DNA of 64,000 bases from Nannocystis bainbridge (GTDB taxonomy: Bacteria; Myxococcota_A; Polyangia; Nannocystales; Nannocystaceae): NCBI RefSeq assembly GCF_028368995.1, contig NZ_JAQNDL010000001.1, forward strand, positions 320,001 to 384,000, written 5' to 3'. Every line of letters starts with the position of its first letter. The stretch's first letter is position 1. Below the pieces are notes generated by a model, which made no database searches, was not told the DNA's origin, and saw only the letters and a list, made by a program, of their open reading frames with translations. A program made the translations under genes and the position numbers. This document shows, in pieces, positions 40,198 to 49,789 of this stretch.

Positions 40198-40462
40198 TGT
40201 CCATCAGGACATGCTCGTTTCGACATGTCCCTGAGGACCGCCTGCATCTCGTCGCTCCCGCTGACGAAGCCGCGGCGGTCTGCCTCGAGAAAGCGAGCGA
40301 TCAGGCGACAACTGCTGCGCGTTCGACGGCATGGGGCTCGCACCGCAGCGCCGGTTCAAGCGAGTGGACCTCGCTCGGGCAGTCGCGTCACATGCTCGTT
40401 CGAACATGACCCTTCGGACATGCTCGTTCGAACATCCCCCGGCGAACATGCCCCCGCGGACA
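40198..40462. repeat. Two blocks of 14-bp units between convergent genes
   Basis: Three units at 40198-40239 and five at 40393-40462. Confidence 0.88.
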
Positions 40463-40479
40463 TGTCCCCCCGCCCCGGC

Positions 40480-41028
40480 TCAGAACGCCAGCAGCGCCTC
40501 GACCCGCAGCGGCGCCAGCCGCTCGCGGCCCTTCAAGAAGGGCAGCTCGATCAGGAACAGGCTCGCCACCACCTCGCCGCCGAGCCCCGTGACCAGCCTC
40601 GCCGCCGCGCCCGCCGTGCCGCCCGTGGCCAGCAGGTCATCGATCAGCAGCACCCGGTCGCCGGGCTCGATCGCGTCGGCGTGCATGTGCAGCGTGCCTT
40701 CGCCGTACTCGAGCGCGTACGCCTGCGTCACCGTGGCGGCCGGCAGCTTGCCCGGCTTGCGCGCCGGCACGAAGCCGACCCCGAGCGCGTGCGCGATCGG
40801 CATGCCGAACAGGAACCCGCGCGACTCGACGCCGACGATTCGATCGATCGAGCCGGCCAGGTCGGCCACCGCGTCCAGATGGAGGCGCAGCGCCGCGGCC
40901 ATCGCCGCCGGCTCGCGCAGCACCGGGGTGATGTCGCGGAACAGGATCCCCGGCGACGGGAAGTCCGGCACCGCGCGGATCAGGCTGCCGACGTCGCGCA
41001 GCGCCGCCGCGCGCTCGGCCTCGGACAT
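40480..41028 (-). CDS. apt: Adenine phosphoribosyltransferase
   Basis: PDFPSPGILFRDIT, ESRGF, RKPGKLP, YALEYG and IDDLLATGGT. Confidence 0.97.
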   Translation of the reverse strand: MSEAERAAALRDVGSLIRAVPDFPSPGILFRDITPVLREPAAMAAALRLHLDAVADLAGSIDRIVGVESRGFLFGMPIAHALGVGFVPARKPGKLPAATVTQAYALEYGEGTLHMHADAIEPGDRVLLIDDLLATGGTAGAAARLVTGLGGEVVASLFLIELPFLKGRERLAPLRVEALLAF

Positions 41029-41078
41029 GCGAAAATCGGGGCTCTCGCGCATCGTCTCGCTCTCCCTGCTCGCTCGCT

Positions 41079-41888
41079 CTACGGCTCGCCCCGCGGATCG
41101 ACCTTCACGGTCGCGCCGGACAGCATCGCTTGCCACGGTGAAAGGTCGGGCGCCGTGATGTCGAGGACCAGCGGGGTCACCGACACGAACCCGCGCTTGA
41201 CCGCCCACGTGTCCTCGCCCTCGTGCTCGCCGGCGTCGCGCGGCGGTCCGCCGATCCAGAAGTAGGCCATCCCGCGCGGGTCCTGGCGGCGCTCGACCTG
41301 CTCGACGTAGGGCCGCGCGCCGAGCCGCGTGACGACGATCGGCAGGCCCTCGGCGAGCGTCTCCGGCGGCCCCTCCGGCGGCGGCGCGCTGTGGGAGATC
41401 CACGGGATGTTGACGTTCAGCAGGCTCATCGACGGCTGCGCCAGCAGCTTGCGGGCCAGCGTGCGCACCACCGGGATCGCCACCCGCGGCGACTCGCGCG
41501 CGTGGACCGACACCGCCATCGCCGACGCCCCGCGGATGAACCCCTCGGCGGCGCCCCCGACCGTGCCCGAATAAAACACGTCGGAGCCGAGGTTGAAGCC
41601 CGGGTTCACCCCCGACACCACCAGCGCCGGCCGGCGCTCGCACAGGTGCAGCGACGCCAGGTACACGCAGTCGACCGGCGTGCCGTTGACGCGGTGCCAG
41701 CCCGGCCGGACCTCGTCGACGCGCAGGTGCGAGTGCAGCGTGATCGCGTGCGACGAGCCGCTGCGCTCGGTCTCCGGCGCGCACACCACGACGTCGCCGA
41801 GCGGCGCGACCGCCTCGGCCAGGGCCAAGATCCCCGGCGCGAGGATGCCGTCGTCGTTGGTGACCAGGATCAGCGGCCGTTCCGACAC
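41079..41888 (-). CDS. surE: 5'/3'-nucleotidase SurE
   Basis: [19 protein letters not shown] and [17 protein letters not shown]. Confidence 0.96.
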   Translation of the reverse strand: MSERPLILVTNDDGILAPGILALAEAVAPLGDVVVCAPETERSGSSHAITLHSHLRVDEVRPGWHRVNGTPVDCVYLASLHLCERRPALVVSGVNPGFNLGSDVFYSGTVGGAAEGFIRGASAMAVSVHARESPRVAIPVVRTLARKLLAQPSMSLLNVNIPWISHSAPPPEGPPETLAEGLPIVVTRLGARPYVEQVERRQDPRGMAYFWIGGPPRDAGEHEGEDTWAVKRGFVSVTPLVLDITAPDLSPWQAMLSGATVKVDPRGEP

Positions 41889-41962
41889 GCCGCGCCTTGT
41901 AGCACAGACGGGCCGCTCGCCCGGACGCGAAACCGCCGCGCCCCGGCCGCGAGCCCGCGCGG

Positions 41963-42001
41963 AAAAAATAAAGAGCCGGCAGGGAAACCCTGTCGGCTCT
42001 T
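41963..42001 (-). terminator. Intrinsic terminator downstream of tRNA-Pro
   Basis: On the minus strand, the hairpin AAGAGCCGACAGGG-TTT-CCCTGCCGGCTCTT is followed by a T-rich tract. Confidence 0.8.
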
Positions 42002-42008
42002 CTCGTTT

Positions 42009-42085
<77 letters not shown>

Positions 42086-42199
42086 ACGGAGCGCCGGTAT
42101 ACGCGCTTTGGACCGCCCGGGCAAGCCTTCTGTGACGCCGCCGCGCCCGGCAAACTCACGCGGGCCCGACCGCCGCCTTTTTCGCGGCGGATCTCGCAA

Positions 42200-42814
42200 T
42201 CATAGCGGCTCGCGGCCGGTGCGCTGCAGCAACGGCTGGGCCTCGCCGGCCGCCGCCGCCTCGTCGATGAGGGCCCGGGCGCCCCCGCGGGTGCGGATGA
42301 ACTCGACCGGGTCGGCCGCCGAGCTGACCGACTCCGTGTTCTCGACCCACGCGATCATCTCGTCGAGCGACTCCCGCAGCACCGCCAGCGACTGCGACGC
42401 CAGGTAGCGGCTCGACGGCGGCGCCATCTCGACCGCGTCGCCGCCGAGGCGCAGCTGCTGGCGCGCACCCGCGATCGTGAACTTCTTCGCGTACAGCAGG
42501 TGCTTGATCTTCAGCAGCGTCTCGACGTCGCGGCGCCGGTACACCCGCTGCTGCGTGCGCGACTTCTGCGGGCGGATGACCTTGAACTCCGTCTCCCAGT
42601 AGCGGAGCACGTAGGCCGGCACGCCGACGATCTGCGCCACCTCGCCGATCTTGAAGTAGAGCTTGTCCGAGCCCAGATCGGGCCCCGTCGCCGCGCCGGC
42701 CTTCTTGGCCCGCGCGCGCGGGCGCGTCGGCTTCGCCGGGGCCTCGCTCGCGCCGCCGCCCTCGCCCGCCTTGCGCCGGCCCGTCTGCCCCGCGTCCTCG
42801 TCTGCCTCGCTCAT
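42200..42814 (-). CDS. MerR family transcriptional regulator
   Basis: KLYFKIGEVA..VLRYWETEF..R.YRR.D..KFTIAGAR; usual ihfA-merR-tRNA-Pro order. Confidence 0.93.
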   Translation of the reverse strand: MSEADEDAGQTGRRKAGEGGGASEAPAKPTRPRARAKKAGAATGPDLGSDKLYFKIGEVAQIVGVPAYVLRYWETEFKVIRPQKSRTQQRVYRRRDVETLLKIKHLLYAKKFTIAGARQQLRLGGDAVEMAPPSSRYLASQSLAVLRESLDEMIAWVENTESVSSAADPVEFIRTRGGARALIDEAAAAGEAQPLLQRTGREPL

Positions 42815-42824
42815 CGCCGCCTCG

Positions 42825-43103
42825 CTACGCGTTGAGCGCGGCCTTCAGCACGTTGCTCGGCTTGAACGTCAGCACCCTGCGGGCATCGATCGTGATCTGC
42901 ACGCCGGTCTGCGGGTTGCGGCCCGGGCGGGGGTTCTTGGCGCGGACGACGAAGTTGCCGAACCCCGAGATCTTGATCTTCTCGCCCTCCGCGAGCGTGT
43001 TCTTCATCAGCTCGAACACCACCTCGACCACGTCGGCGGCCTCCTTCTTGGAGAAGCCGCCGACCTCTTCGCATACGCGCTCGATGATGTCCGCCTTCGT
43101 CAT
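42825..43103 (-). CDS. ihfA: Integration host factor subunit alpha
   Basis: MTKADI, KISGFGNF, RPGRNPQTG and RRVLTFKPS. Confidence 0.93.
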   Translation of the reverse strand: MTKADIIERVCEEVGGFSKKEAADVVEVVFELMKNTLAEGEKIKISGFGNFVVRAKNPRPGRNPQTGVQITIDARRVLTFKPSNVLKAALNA

Positions 43104-43593
43104 CGCCGCGGATCTTTGGCAAAATTCGGCCGCCGCGCAAGCCCGCCGGCCGCGCCTTGGACCTAGCTTTGCGCGCGAGAAAAACTCAACTGCCGCGCTT
43201 GTTTGCAGCATCACAGGTCGAGCAACACGGCCCTCGCTCGTGCCCCGGACCCGACCCGCCGTTCACGACGCGCCCCGTCCGACGCCTCGCAGAACACTGC
43301 TCACGCCGACAGTCTGTGGCGATCGCGGAATCCGAGCGCCGCGGCCTCACGCTACGCGCGCTGCCCCGGCCGACCTCCACGGGCCGCCGCGACCCTCGCC
43401 CTCGGCTCCGCGGCTCGTGTGGAGCGCCCCACGAACGCCCGCGACGTCAGGCCCACGCGATCCTGAACGCGCGACGACCGGCTGGTGTCGGCCTCGCGGG
43501 CCGTTGACGATCAGTGGTTATCGGCCGCGCGCCCCGGCGCTCCACGACCGATGCGGGTGTAGGCCGCGCGGCCTGGCGCTACACTCCCTCCAA

Positions 43594-44568
43594 TTGTCCC
43601 TCGCCTCGCTGCGCGCGCGTCCTTCGGCGATCGGCCTGCTCGTCTGGTCGCTCGTGGTCTGCGTGCGCCTCGGCGATCTCGGCGACGAGGCCACCCTCGC
43701 CGAGGTCATCGTCCTGTTCGTCGTCCTCGTCGCCGTCCCGCGGGCCCTGCTTTTTACTGCCTCGGAGGACATGTCCCCGAGGACATACGCCAATCCGACC
43801 CGCCTCGCTCGCATCGCCGGCCTCGCCGGCCTCGTCGCCGCCGTCCCGGCCCTCGCCCCTGACCTCGGACCTCGCGCCGCCGCCGGGCTCACCGCGCCCT
43901 GGCTGCTCGTGTGCGGCTTCGCGGCTCTTCACGGCCTCCTGCGCCTCCACGTCCGCCGCAGCCTCGCCCCCGCCGAGCTCGCCCTCGACCTCGCCCTCTT
44001 GCTGCTGCCCGTCGCCGCGGTGTGGTTGCTCGTCTACCGCGGCGACCTCGTCCTCGGCGGCTTCGGGGGCCTCGCCGCCGTGCTCACGGCCGGCCACTTT
44101 CACGCCGCCGGCTTCGGCGCGCTCGTCATGGTCGGCCTGCTCGGCCGCGGCCTCGGCGACCTGCGCGACTGGACCCGCCCCGTCTACCGCCTCGCCGCCG
44201 CCCTCCTTATTTTCGCCTTCCCCCTGCTCGCGGTCGGCATCGGCGCCGGCGCCCGGCCGATCGAGCTGGCCGGCTCCGGCCTCTACGTCCTCGGCCTCCC
44301 GCTGCTCGCCGGCCTGCAGCTCATCGCCGCCGTGCGCCTGCGCGACCGGCCGGCCTGGGCACGCGTTCTCCTGTGCGTGTCCTCCGGGGCGCTCCTGCTG
44401 AGCACCACCCTCGCCGGCATGTTCGCCGCCCAGGGCTTCTACGGCGCCGCCGTCCCGATCCTCACGATGCTGCGCGCCCACGGCCTCGTCAACGCGATCG
44501 GCTTCCTCGGCCTCGGCCTGCTCGCCTGGTCCGGCCTGCACCGCGCGACCGGCCCGCAACCCGCCTGA
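43594..44568 (+). CDS. YndJ-like integral membrane protein
   Basis: Multiple TM helices, LTAGHFHAAGF and HGLVNAIGF; start uncertain. Confidence 0.8.
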   Translation: MSLASLRARPSAIGLLVWSLVVCVRLGDLGDEATLAEVIVLFVVLVAVPRALLFTASEDMSPRTYANPTRLARIAGLAGLVAAVPALAPDLGPRAAAGLTAPWLLVCGFAALHGLLRLHVRRSLAPAELALDLALLLLPVAAVWLLVYRGDLVLGGFGGLAAVLTAGHFHAAGFGALVMVGLLGRGLGDLRDWTRPVYRLAAALLIFAFPLLAVGIGAGARPIELAGSGLYVLGLPLLAGLQLIAAVRLRDRPAWARVLLCVSSGALLLSTTLAGMFAAQGFYGAAVPILTMLRAHGLVNAIGFLGLGLLAWSGLHRATGPQPA

Positions 44569-44584
44569 CCTGAAGGACATCCCG

Positions 44585-45085
44585 CCTGTCCACAAGGACA
44601 GATGGCGTGAACGTTCGAGTCCTGCCCGTCCTCGAGACGGATGGCACGGGCGCTCCAGTTATTCCTGTCCGCAAGGACAGGCGGCACGAGCGATCGAGCT
44701 CTGACGGTCCCCGAGATCAGGTGACACGGACGCTCCAGTGATTCCTGTCCGCAAGGACAGGCGGCACGGGCGCTCGAGTTCTGACGGTCCCCAAGATCAG
44801 GTGACACGACCACTCCAGTTATTCCTGTCTGAAAGGACGGGCTTCCCTGGCGCTCGTGCCGCCTATCCGTCAGGACAGGCAGCACGAGCACGATGCCGCC
44901 CGTCCCCGAGATCAGGTGACCAGTCGCTTCGTGGAAGTCACACCGGAATCGCTACAGCTACCCGATGGGCCGGGGCGCTCCAATTCTTCCTGTCCGAAAA
45001 GCACAGGCTATGCCGACGCTCAGTCTGCCTGTCCGCAAGGACAGGCAGCACGAGCGCTCGGCTTCTGCCTGTCCCCCGAGGACGT
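44585..45085. repeat. BIME/REP-like array with 80-bp period, built on CCTGTCC-GCAA-GGACAGG hairpins
   Basis: Hairpin copies at 44585, 44664, 44744 and 44824, more at about 44862, 44989, 45028 and 45068, alternating with GTCCCCGAGATCAGG. Confidence 0.88.
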
Positions 45086-45095
45086 GCAGCGCCCC

Positions 45096-46637
45096 CTACT
45101 GCGGGATGATCGCCTTGCACACCCCCGCGTCGCACACGAGCGGCGGGCAGCAGTCGTCGTCGACCATGCACGGCCCGCAGGTCCCGTCGCCCGTGCACGC
45201 GGGCGTCGGGTTGGCGCAGTCGTGGCAGTCGCCGCAGCCCTCGCCGGGCGGATCGCAGCCCTCGAGGTCGAGGATCGCCTGGTCGTAGTGGACCACCAGC
45301 GGGCTCGCCAGCTGCAGCCCGCCGACGAACAGCGAGCCCCAGATCTCCGACATGTTGTTGGCCGTGAACACCGCGTTCGGCTGGTAGAGGTTGGCCCCGA
45401 GCGTGAAGTTGCTGGCGAACTTGAATGCCCCGCCGACGTAGATCCGCGTCGCCGCCGGCCGCTTCGGATCGCCGATCGTCGCCACATTATTAAAATTGGC
45501 GTTGCCGGCGATGAACAGGTCGAGCTCCGCCTCGGGCCCGAGCGTGATGTGGAACGCCCCCGCGTTCTGCACGTCGCCCGCGATCGCGATCACCGTGCGC
45601 CCGGTCAGCGTGATGTCGAGCGTGCTGTTGCTGTCGATCCCCGTGAAGAAGTAGCGGCCGCACGGCAGCTCGACCGATTTCGGCTGCGGCAGCCCGACCA
45701 GCTCGTCGGGCGCGATCGGCAGCGCGTCGTTGTCGTTGGCCTGCATGTAGCCGCCCACGATCGCCGGCACGTCGATCAGGTCCTCGCAGTCGCACGGCGT
45801 CTTGACCTCGACCTGCTCCTTGATCGTCGCCCCCAGCACCTTGGCCCCGTTGTTGGCCTTGTTGGGGCGGATGTGCAGGTCGCCGTCGATCGTCAGCGTC
45901 ATGTTCTGCGCGAACAGGTTGCCCTCGGTGAACAGGTCGGCGGCCACGTGCGACGGCGAGCCGGCCGTGAGGTCGTCGCTACACTTCAGCTGCTGCGCGA
46001 CCTCGTGGGCGTTGAAGGTCTGGATCTTGCCATCGACCCACAGCGACCCGCCGATGTCGACCATCGACGCCGCGCTGTACGGCCCGTTGACGCCGACCGA
46101 GCCGCCGTCCATCGGCACCATGTTCGGATCGTTGCTGTCGAACGAGTCGGTCTTCAGGCTGTTGTTCGCGGTCAGGCCGCTGCACGAGCAGATTGCGAAC
46201 AGGAACGTCTTCTTGCCGAGGTCGCCCGTGCACGTCACCTCGTCGCCCGGCAGCAAGATCCCGCCCTCGCCCGCGCAGAAGTCGACCGGCCCGGTCGTCC
46301 CGCTCGTGCTCGTCGACTCGCCCGTCGTCTCGCCCGTCGTCGCGCTCGTCGTGCCCGTCGTGCTCGTGCTCGTGCCTGGATCCGTCGAAGTCATCGGCTC
46401 GCCCGTGGTCGGCCCGGTCACCGAGGTCCCGGTCGACTCGCTGACGCCGCTCACCGTCGACCCCGTGGTCGGCACGTCCGTACTCGTGCTGCCGGTGCTG
46501 CCGGTCGCCGTGACGGTCGCGCCCATCATCGTCGTCCCCACGCTGAGCCCCGTCCCGGTCCCGCCGCTGTCCCCGTCGGAGCCTCCGCACGCCGCCAGCA
46601 CCATCGCCACCCACAACCTCGCGCCGCGTCTTGTCAT
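45096..46637 (-). CDS. Thr-rich, Cys-rich lipoprotein with a probable beta-solenoid domain
   Basis: VLAAC lipobox, long Thr/Ser/Gly linker, YQPNA..WGSLFV motif and a Cys-rich C-terminus. Confidence 0.75.
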   Translation of the reverse strand: MTRRGARLWVAMVLAACGGSDGDSGGTGTGLSVGTTMMGATVTATGSTGSTSTDVPTTGSTVSGVSESTGTSVTGPTTGEPMTSTDPGTSTSTTGTTSATTGETTGESTSTSGTTGPVDFCAGEGGILLPGDEVTCTGDLGKKTFLFAICSCSGLTANNSLKTDSFDSNDPNMVPMDGGSVGVNGPYSAASMVDIGGSLWVDGKIQTFNAHEVAQQLKCSDDLTAGSPSHVAADLFTEGNLFAQNMTLTIDGDLHIRPNKANNGAKVLGATIKEQVEVKTPCDCEDLIDVPAIVGGYMQANDNDALPIAPDELVGLPQPKSVELPCGRYFFTGIDSNSTLDITLTGRTVIAIAGDVQNAGAFHITLGPEAELDLFIAGNANFNNVATIGDPKRPAATRIYVGGAFKFASNFTLGANLYQPNAVFTANNMSEIWGSLFVGGLQLASPLVVHYDQAILDLEGCDPPGEGCGDCHDCANPTPACTGDGTCGPCMVDDDCCPPLVCDAGVCKAIIPQ

Positions 46638-47229
46638 CGGCGCCGAGACTATCGAGGCCTGCCGGCGCGCCGCAATGTAAGTCTCCGAGCCCGGCGTGCG
46701 ACACGTGGTCCTGTGAATGCCGCCATCGCAGCGCCCCGCTGCGGACCGGCCTGCCGCGGAGGAGTTCGCGCGCCGACCGCCCGACGTGCGCGCCCGGCAA
46801 CCCCGGAGAAACGCGTCAAACTGCGCGCTACGGCCGATTCGGTCGAACACGAGTCCCTTCCGCGGCAGCGCGACGCCAGCGAAGCGCCCGCGGCGAGGGC
46901 CGCAGATTGTGCAGAGTCGAACCCCTCGCTCGAGCGATTGCGCCGGGACCCGCGAATCATCGGTCTCGTGTCCTCGCCAGGCCAAAAATCATTCATCCAT
47001 CGCCACGAGCGAACGCCACCATACGAGCCCGCGCGCACAGTCCGACGCCGGTCGACGAAGCGTTCATGCTCCTCGCATACGGATCGCTACCTGCCCAGAT
47101 TTTTTCATCCGCTTCGACCACCCGGCGCCACGAGAGCGCCCCAGCCGGCGCCACCCTCGGCCGAGCTTCGCTGCGAGATCTGCAGCCTCACCACCTGCCT
47201 CCTTCGCCATGTCGCTTTCGACATGTCCT

Positions 47230-48915
47230 TCAAGGCAGACGAATTCGCTGGCTCGGCGCCGCCCCGCCCGCGCGCGGCGGCTCCCACACCTTCTGCACGT
47301 AGCGCAGGTTGGCGGCCGAGCGCGGGTGTCGCGGCAGCGCCTGCGTCGCGGCCACCAGCCCGAGCCCCGCGATCGTCCCGACCAGCGCCGCGATTCGGCC
47401 GCGCCGACCGAGCGCGCGCGGCGTCGCCAGCACCAGCAGCCCGACCAGCCCGGCGCCCACCACCCAGCCGATCCCGAGCCCCGGCAGCCCGAGCCACCCG
47501 GTCGCGGTGTACGGCGCCGCGCCGGCCCGCCACAGCGGCAGCAGCACCTCGGGCACAGGCTGATTCACGTTCGTCAGGTCGAAATGCGGCCACAGGTTGG
47601 CCGCCAGCCCGTTGACCACCAGCGACCAGCTCGCCAGCGCCGCCGCCACCCCGAGGCCCAGCGTGCCTGCCCAGCCGCGCGGCGGACCGGCCAGCGTGCG
47701 CGCGGCCACGGCGGCCCAGCCGAGCGCCAGCGCCGGCAGCACCACCACCATATACCGCGGCCCGACCCGCCAGCCGCCCTCGAAGTTGAGGCTCACGCAC
47801 GCCAGCAGCACCGCCGCGAGCGCCCCTCCTTCGACCCTGGCCTTCAGGACATGCTCCTTGTCCCATGTCCCGCGGGCCAGCTGCCACAGCCCCCACGCCG
47901 CCAGCGGCCACAGCGGCGCCCAGCCGCACAGCCCCGCCGACAGCGACAGCACATGCGTCTCGATCGCCCGCCAGCTCGGCCCGACCAGCCCGAGCAGGCC
48001 CTCGCCGTGCTTCGCGGCGAACTCCGCCGTCGCGCTGTGGTGGTAGCCGGTCTTGAGCGGCCCGCCGAACACCGCCGCGTGATAGGCCATCAGCAGCCCC
48101 GCCGGCACCGCCGCCCCGGCCGCCGCCCCGGCCGCCGTCGCCCACGCGCGCGCCCGCACCAGCCCGAACACCAGCCCAGCCGCCGCCAGCCCGGCGAACG
48201 CCGCCGTGTACTCGACCAGCACCGCCGCGCCCGCCAGCGCGCCGCCGAGCGCCGCCAGCCCCGGGCGCGTCTGCTCGCGCGCCCGCACCAGCAGCAGCAG
48301 CCCCGCCCACAGCAGGCACGCCGCCAGCTGATGCCCGTACAGCAGGTGCGCGTACGCGGCCGCCGGGGTCGCCAGCGCGTACAGCCCGATCGCCAGGGCG
48401 GCGGCTCGCGCCCCGTAGGCCGGCGCCAGCGAGCGCCACAGCAGCCCGCACAGCACCAGCGTCGGCGCCACCCCGCCCAGCAGCCGCGCCCACCAGGTCA
48501 CCGCCCGCAGCGTCGGCCCGCGCGCACCTGTCTCTTCGGACATGCTCGACCGACCGCGCGAGCCTGTCCCTTCGGCCACATCCTCCGCCCGCGAGCCTGT
48601 CCCTTCGGCCACGTCCTCGCCTGCCCCTGCCGTCGCCCGCGCGAGCGCATACCCGAGCGCCGCGACCACGCTGGTCCCGGGCGGCTTGTTGGGGTACAGC
48701 GCCCCGTCCGGCGCGCGCGCGGCGTCGGGCCCCGGGTCGAGGCCGAGGCCGTCGATCCGCCACGACCCGCGCTCGACCAGCGACGCCGCCTGCAGCAGGC
48801 GCGGGCGCTCGTTGGCGTTGCGGGTCGCCTGGGCGTAGGGGAACGCGGCCAGCAGCAGCAGCGCCAGCCCGGCCAGCAGCGCCGCCCCGCCTTCAGGACA
48901 TGTTTTCGGGGACAT
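47230..48915 (-). CDS. Multi-pass membrane protein, probable GT-C (ArnT/PMT-like) glycosyltransferase
   Basis: NANERPR, YPNKPPG.S, YA.LLYGH, FGGPLKTGY and GGWRVGPRY with many TM helices; start uncertain because it lies in a repeat array. Confidence 0.65.
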   Translation of the reverse strand: MSPKTCPEGGAALLAGLALLLLAAFPYAQATRNANERPRLLQAASLVERGSWRIDGLGLDPGPDAARAPDGALYPNKPPGTSVVAALGYALARATAGAGEDVAEGTGSRAEDVAEGTGSRGRSSMSEETGARGPTLRAVTWWARLLGGVAPTLVLCGLLWRSLAPAYGARAAALAIGLYALATPAAAYAHLLYGHQLAACLLWAGLLLLVRAREQTRPGLAALGGALAGAAVLVEYTAAFAGLAAAGLVFGLVRARAWATAAGAAAGAAVPAGLLMAYHAAVFGGPLKTGYHHSATAEFAAKHGEGLLGLVGPSWRAIETHVLSLSAGLCGWAPLWPLAAWGLWQLARGTWDKEHVLKARVEGGALAAVLLACVSLNFEGGWRVGPRYMVVVLPALALGWAAVAARTLAGPPRGWAGTLGLGVAAALASWSLVVNGLAANLWPHFDLTNVNQPVPEVLLPLWRAGAAPYTATGWLGLPGLGIGWVVGAGLVGLLVLATPRALGRRGRIAALVGTIAGLGLVAATQALPRHPRSAANLRYVQKVWEPPRAGGAAPSQRIRLP

Positions 48916-48970
48916 GTCCCCCGGGACCTGCCCCTTCAGACCTGGCCGATCGGGCATGCCCGAAGCGCCC
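48901..48970. repeat. Array of five 14-bp units
   Basis: tgttttcggggaca tgtcccccgggacc tgccccttcagacc tggccgatcgggca tgcccgaagcgccc. Confidence 0.85.
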
Positions 48971-48972
48971 GC

Positions 48973-49674
48973 CTACTTCTTGCCCTCTTCGAGCTGCTTG
49001 GCCTGCATCTTGGCCTTGAGGGCCGCGAGCGCGTCGTCGAGCTCGTTCTTGGCGCCGAGGCCGTTCAGCTGGGCGTCGATCTGGGCCTCCTGGATCCGGC
49101 CGTCCATGTCCTCGGCGCTGACCTCGTTGAGGGCCTCGAGGCGGGCGATCTTGGTCTCGATCGCGTCCATGCGGGCGCCCGCGCCGGCGTCGCCGGGGAT
49201 CGTGCTGGTGCCGCCGCTCTGCTTGCTCGCGCGGGCCTGCGACATCAGCGTGCCGCGGCGGAGGTTCAGCGCCTTGAGCTTCGTCTTGGCCTCGCCGATG
49301 CCCTGGCGCAGGTCCTCGACCAGCTTGCGCTGCTGCACCAGCGCCTCGTCGGTGGCCGTCTTCTCCTGCGACAGCTCGCCCTTGCGCTGCAGCGCCGCGC
49401 GGGCCAGCGTCTCGTCGCCGATCGTGATCGCCTGCTCGGCCCGCCGCTGCCACGCCGCCTCGTCGCGCGTCAGCTGCTCGAGCTTCTTCTCCATCATCTT
49501 TTGGTCGACGATCGACTGCTTGAGGTCGAGCTCCGACTTGCGGATGTTCTCGGCCAGGTCGTCGAGCATCAGGGCCACTTCCTGGCCAGGGTCCGACACG
49601 GCCTCGACCGCGTCGTTCAGCGTGCTCTGGATGGCCTTCTTCAGGCGGCGGAACAGCCCCGGTTTCTCCGACAT
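48973..49674 (-). CDS. pspA: PspA/IM30 family protein
   Basis: GLFRRL..I...LN....DP, W..RAE.A...G.E.LAR.AL.RK, coiled coil, L.ALKAKM. Confidence 0.88.
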   Translation of the reverse strand: MSEKPGLFRRLKKAIQSTLNDAVEAVSDPGQEVALMLDDLAENIRKSELDLKQSIVDQKMMEKKLEQLTRDEAAWQRRAEQAITIGDETLARAALQRKGELSQEKTATDEALVQQRKLVEDLRQGIGEAKTKLKALNLRRGTLMSQARASKQSGGTSTIPGDAGAGARMDAIETKIARLEALNEVSAEDMDGRIQEAQIDAQLNGLGAKNELDDALAALKAKMQAKQLEEGKK

Positions 49675-49789
49675 GCGCGTCCTCGCGGGCGCCTCGCCCG
49701 CCTTCGATCGTCCGAGTCTAGCGCGCGGCCCGTCGCCTGTCGCGTCCGACCTTGCAAGCGCGCGCGTAACGGCCTATCAAGGCGCGCGG

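Noticed and set aside
44585-45085. Possible CRISPR array
   Set aside because: Intervening sequences are similar to each other rather than unique spacers, the repeats are degenerate, and no cas genes are present.
46640-47229. Possible ncRNA in the long intergenic region
   Set aside because: No recognisable conserved structure or terminator; cannot be supported from sequence alone.
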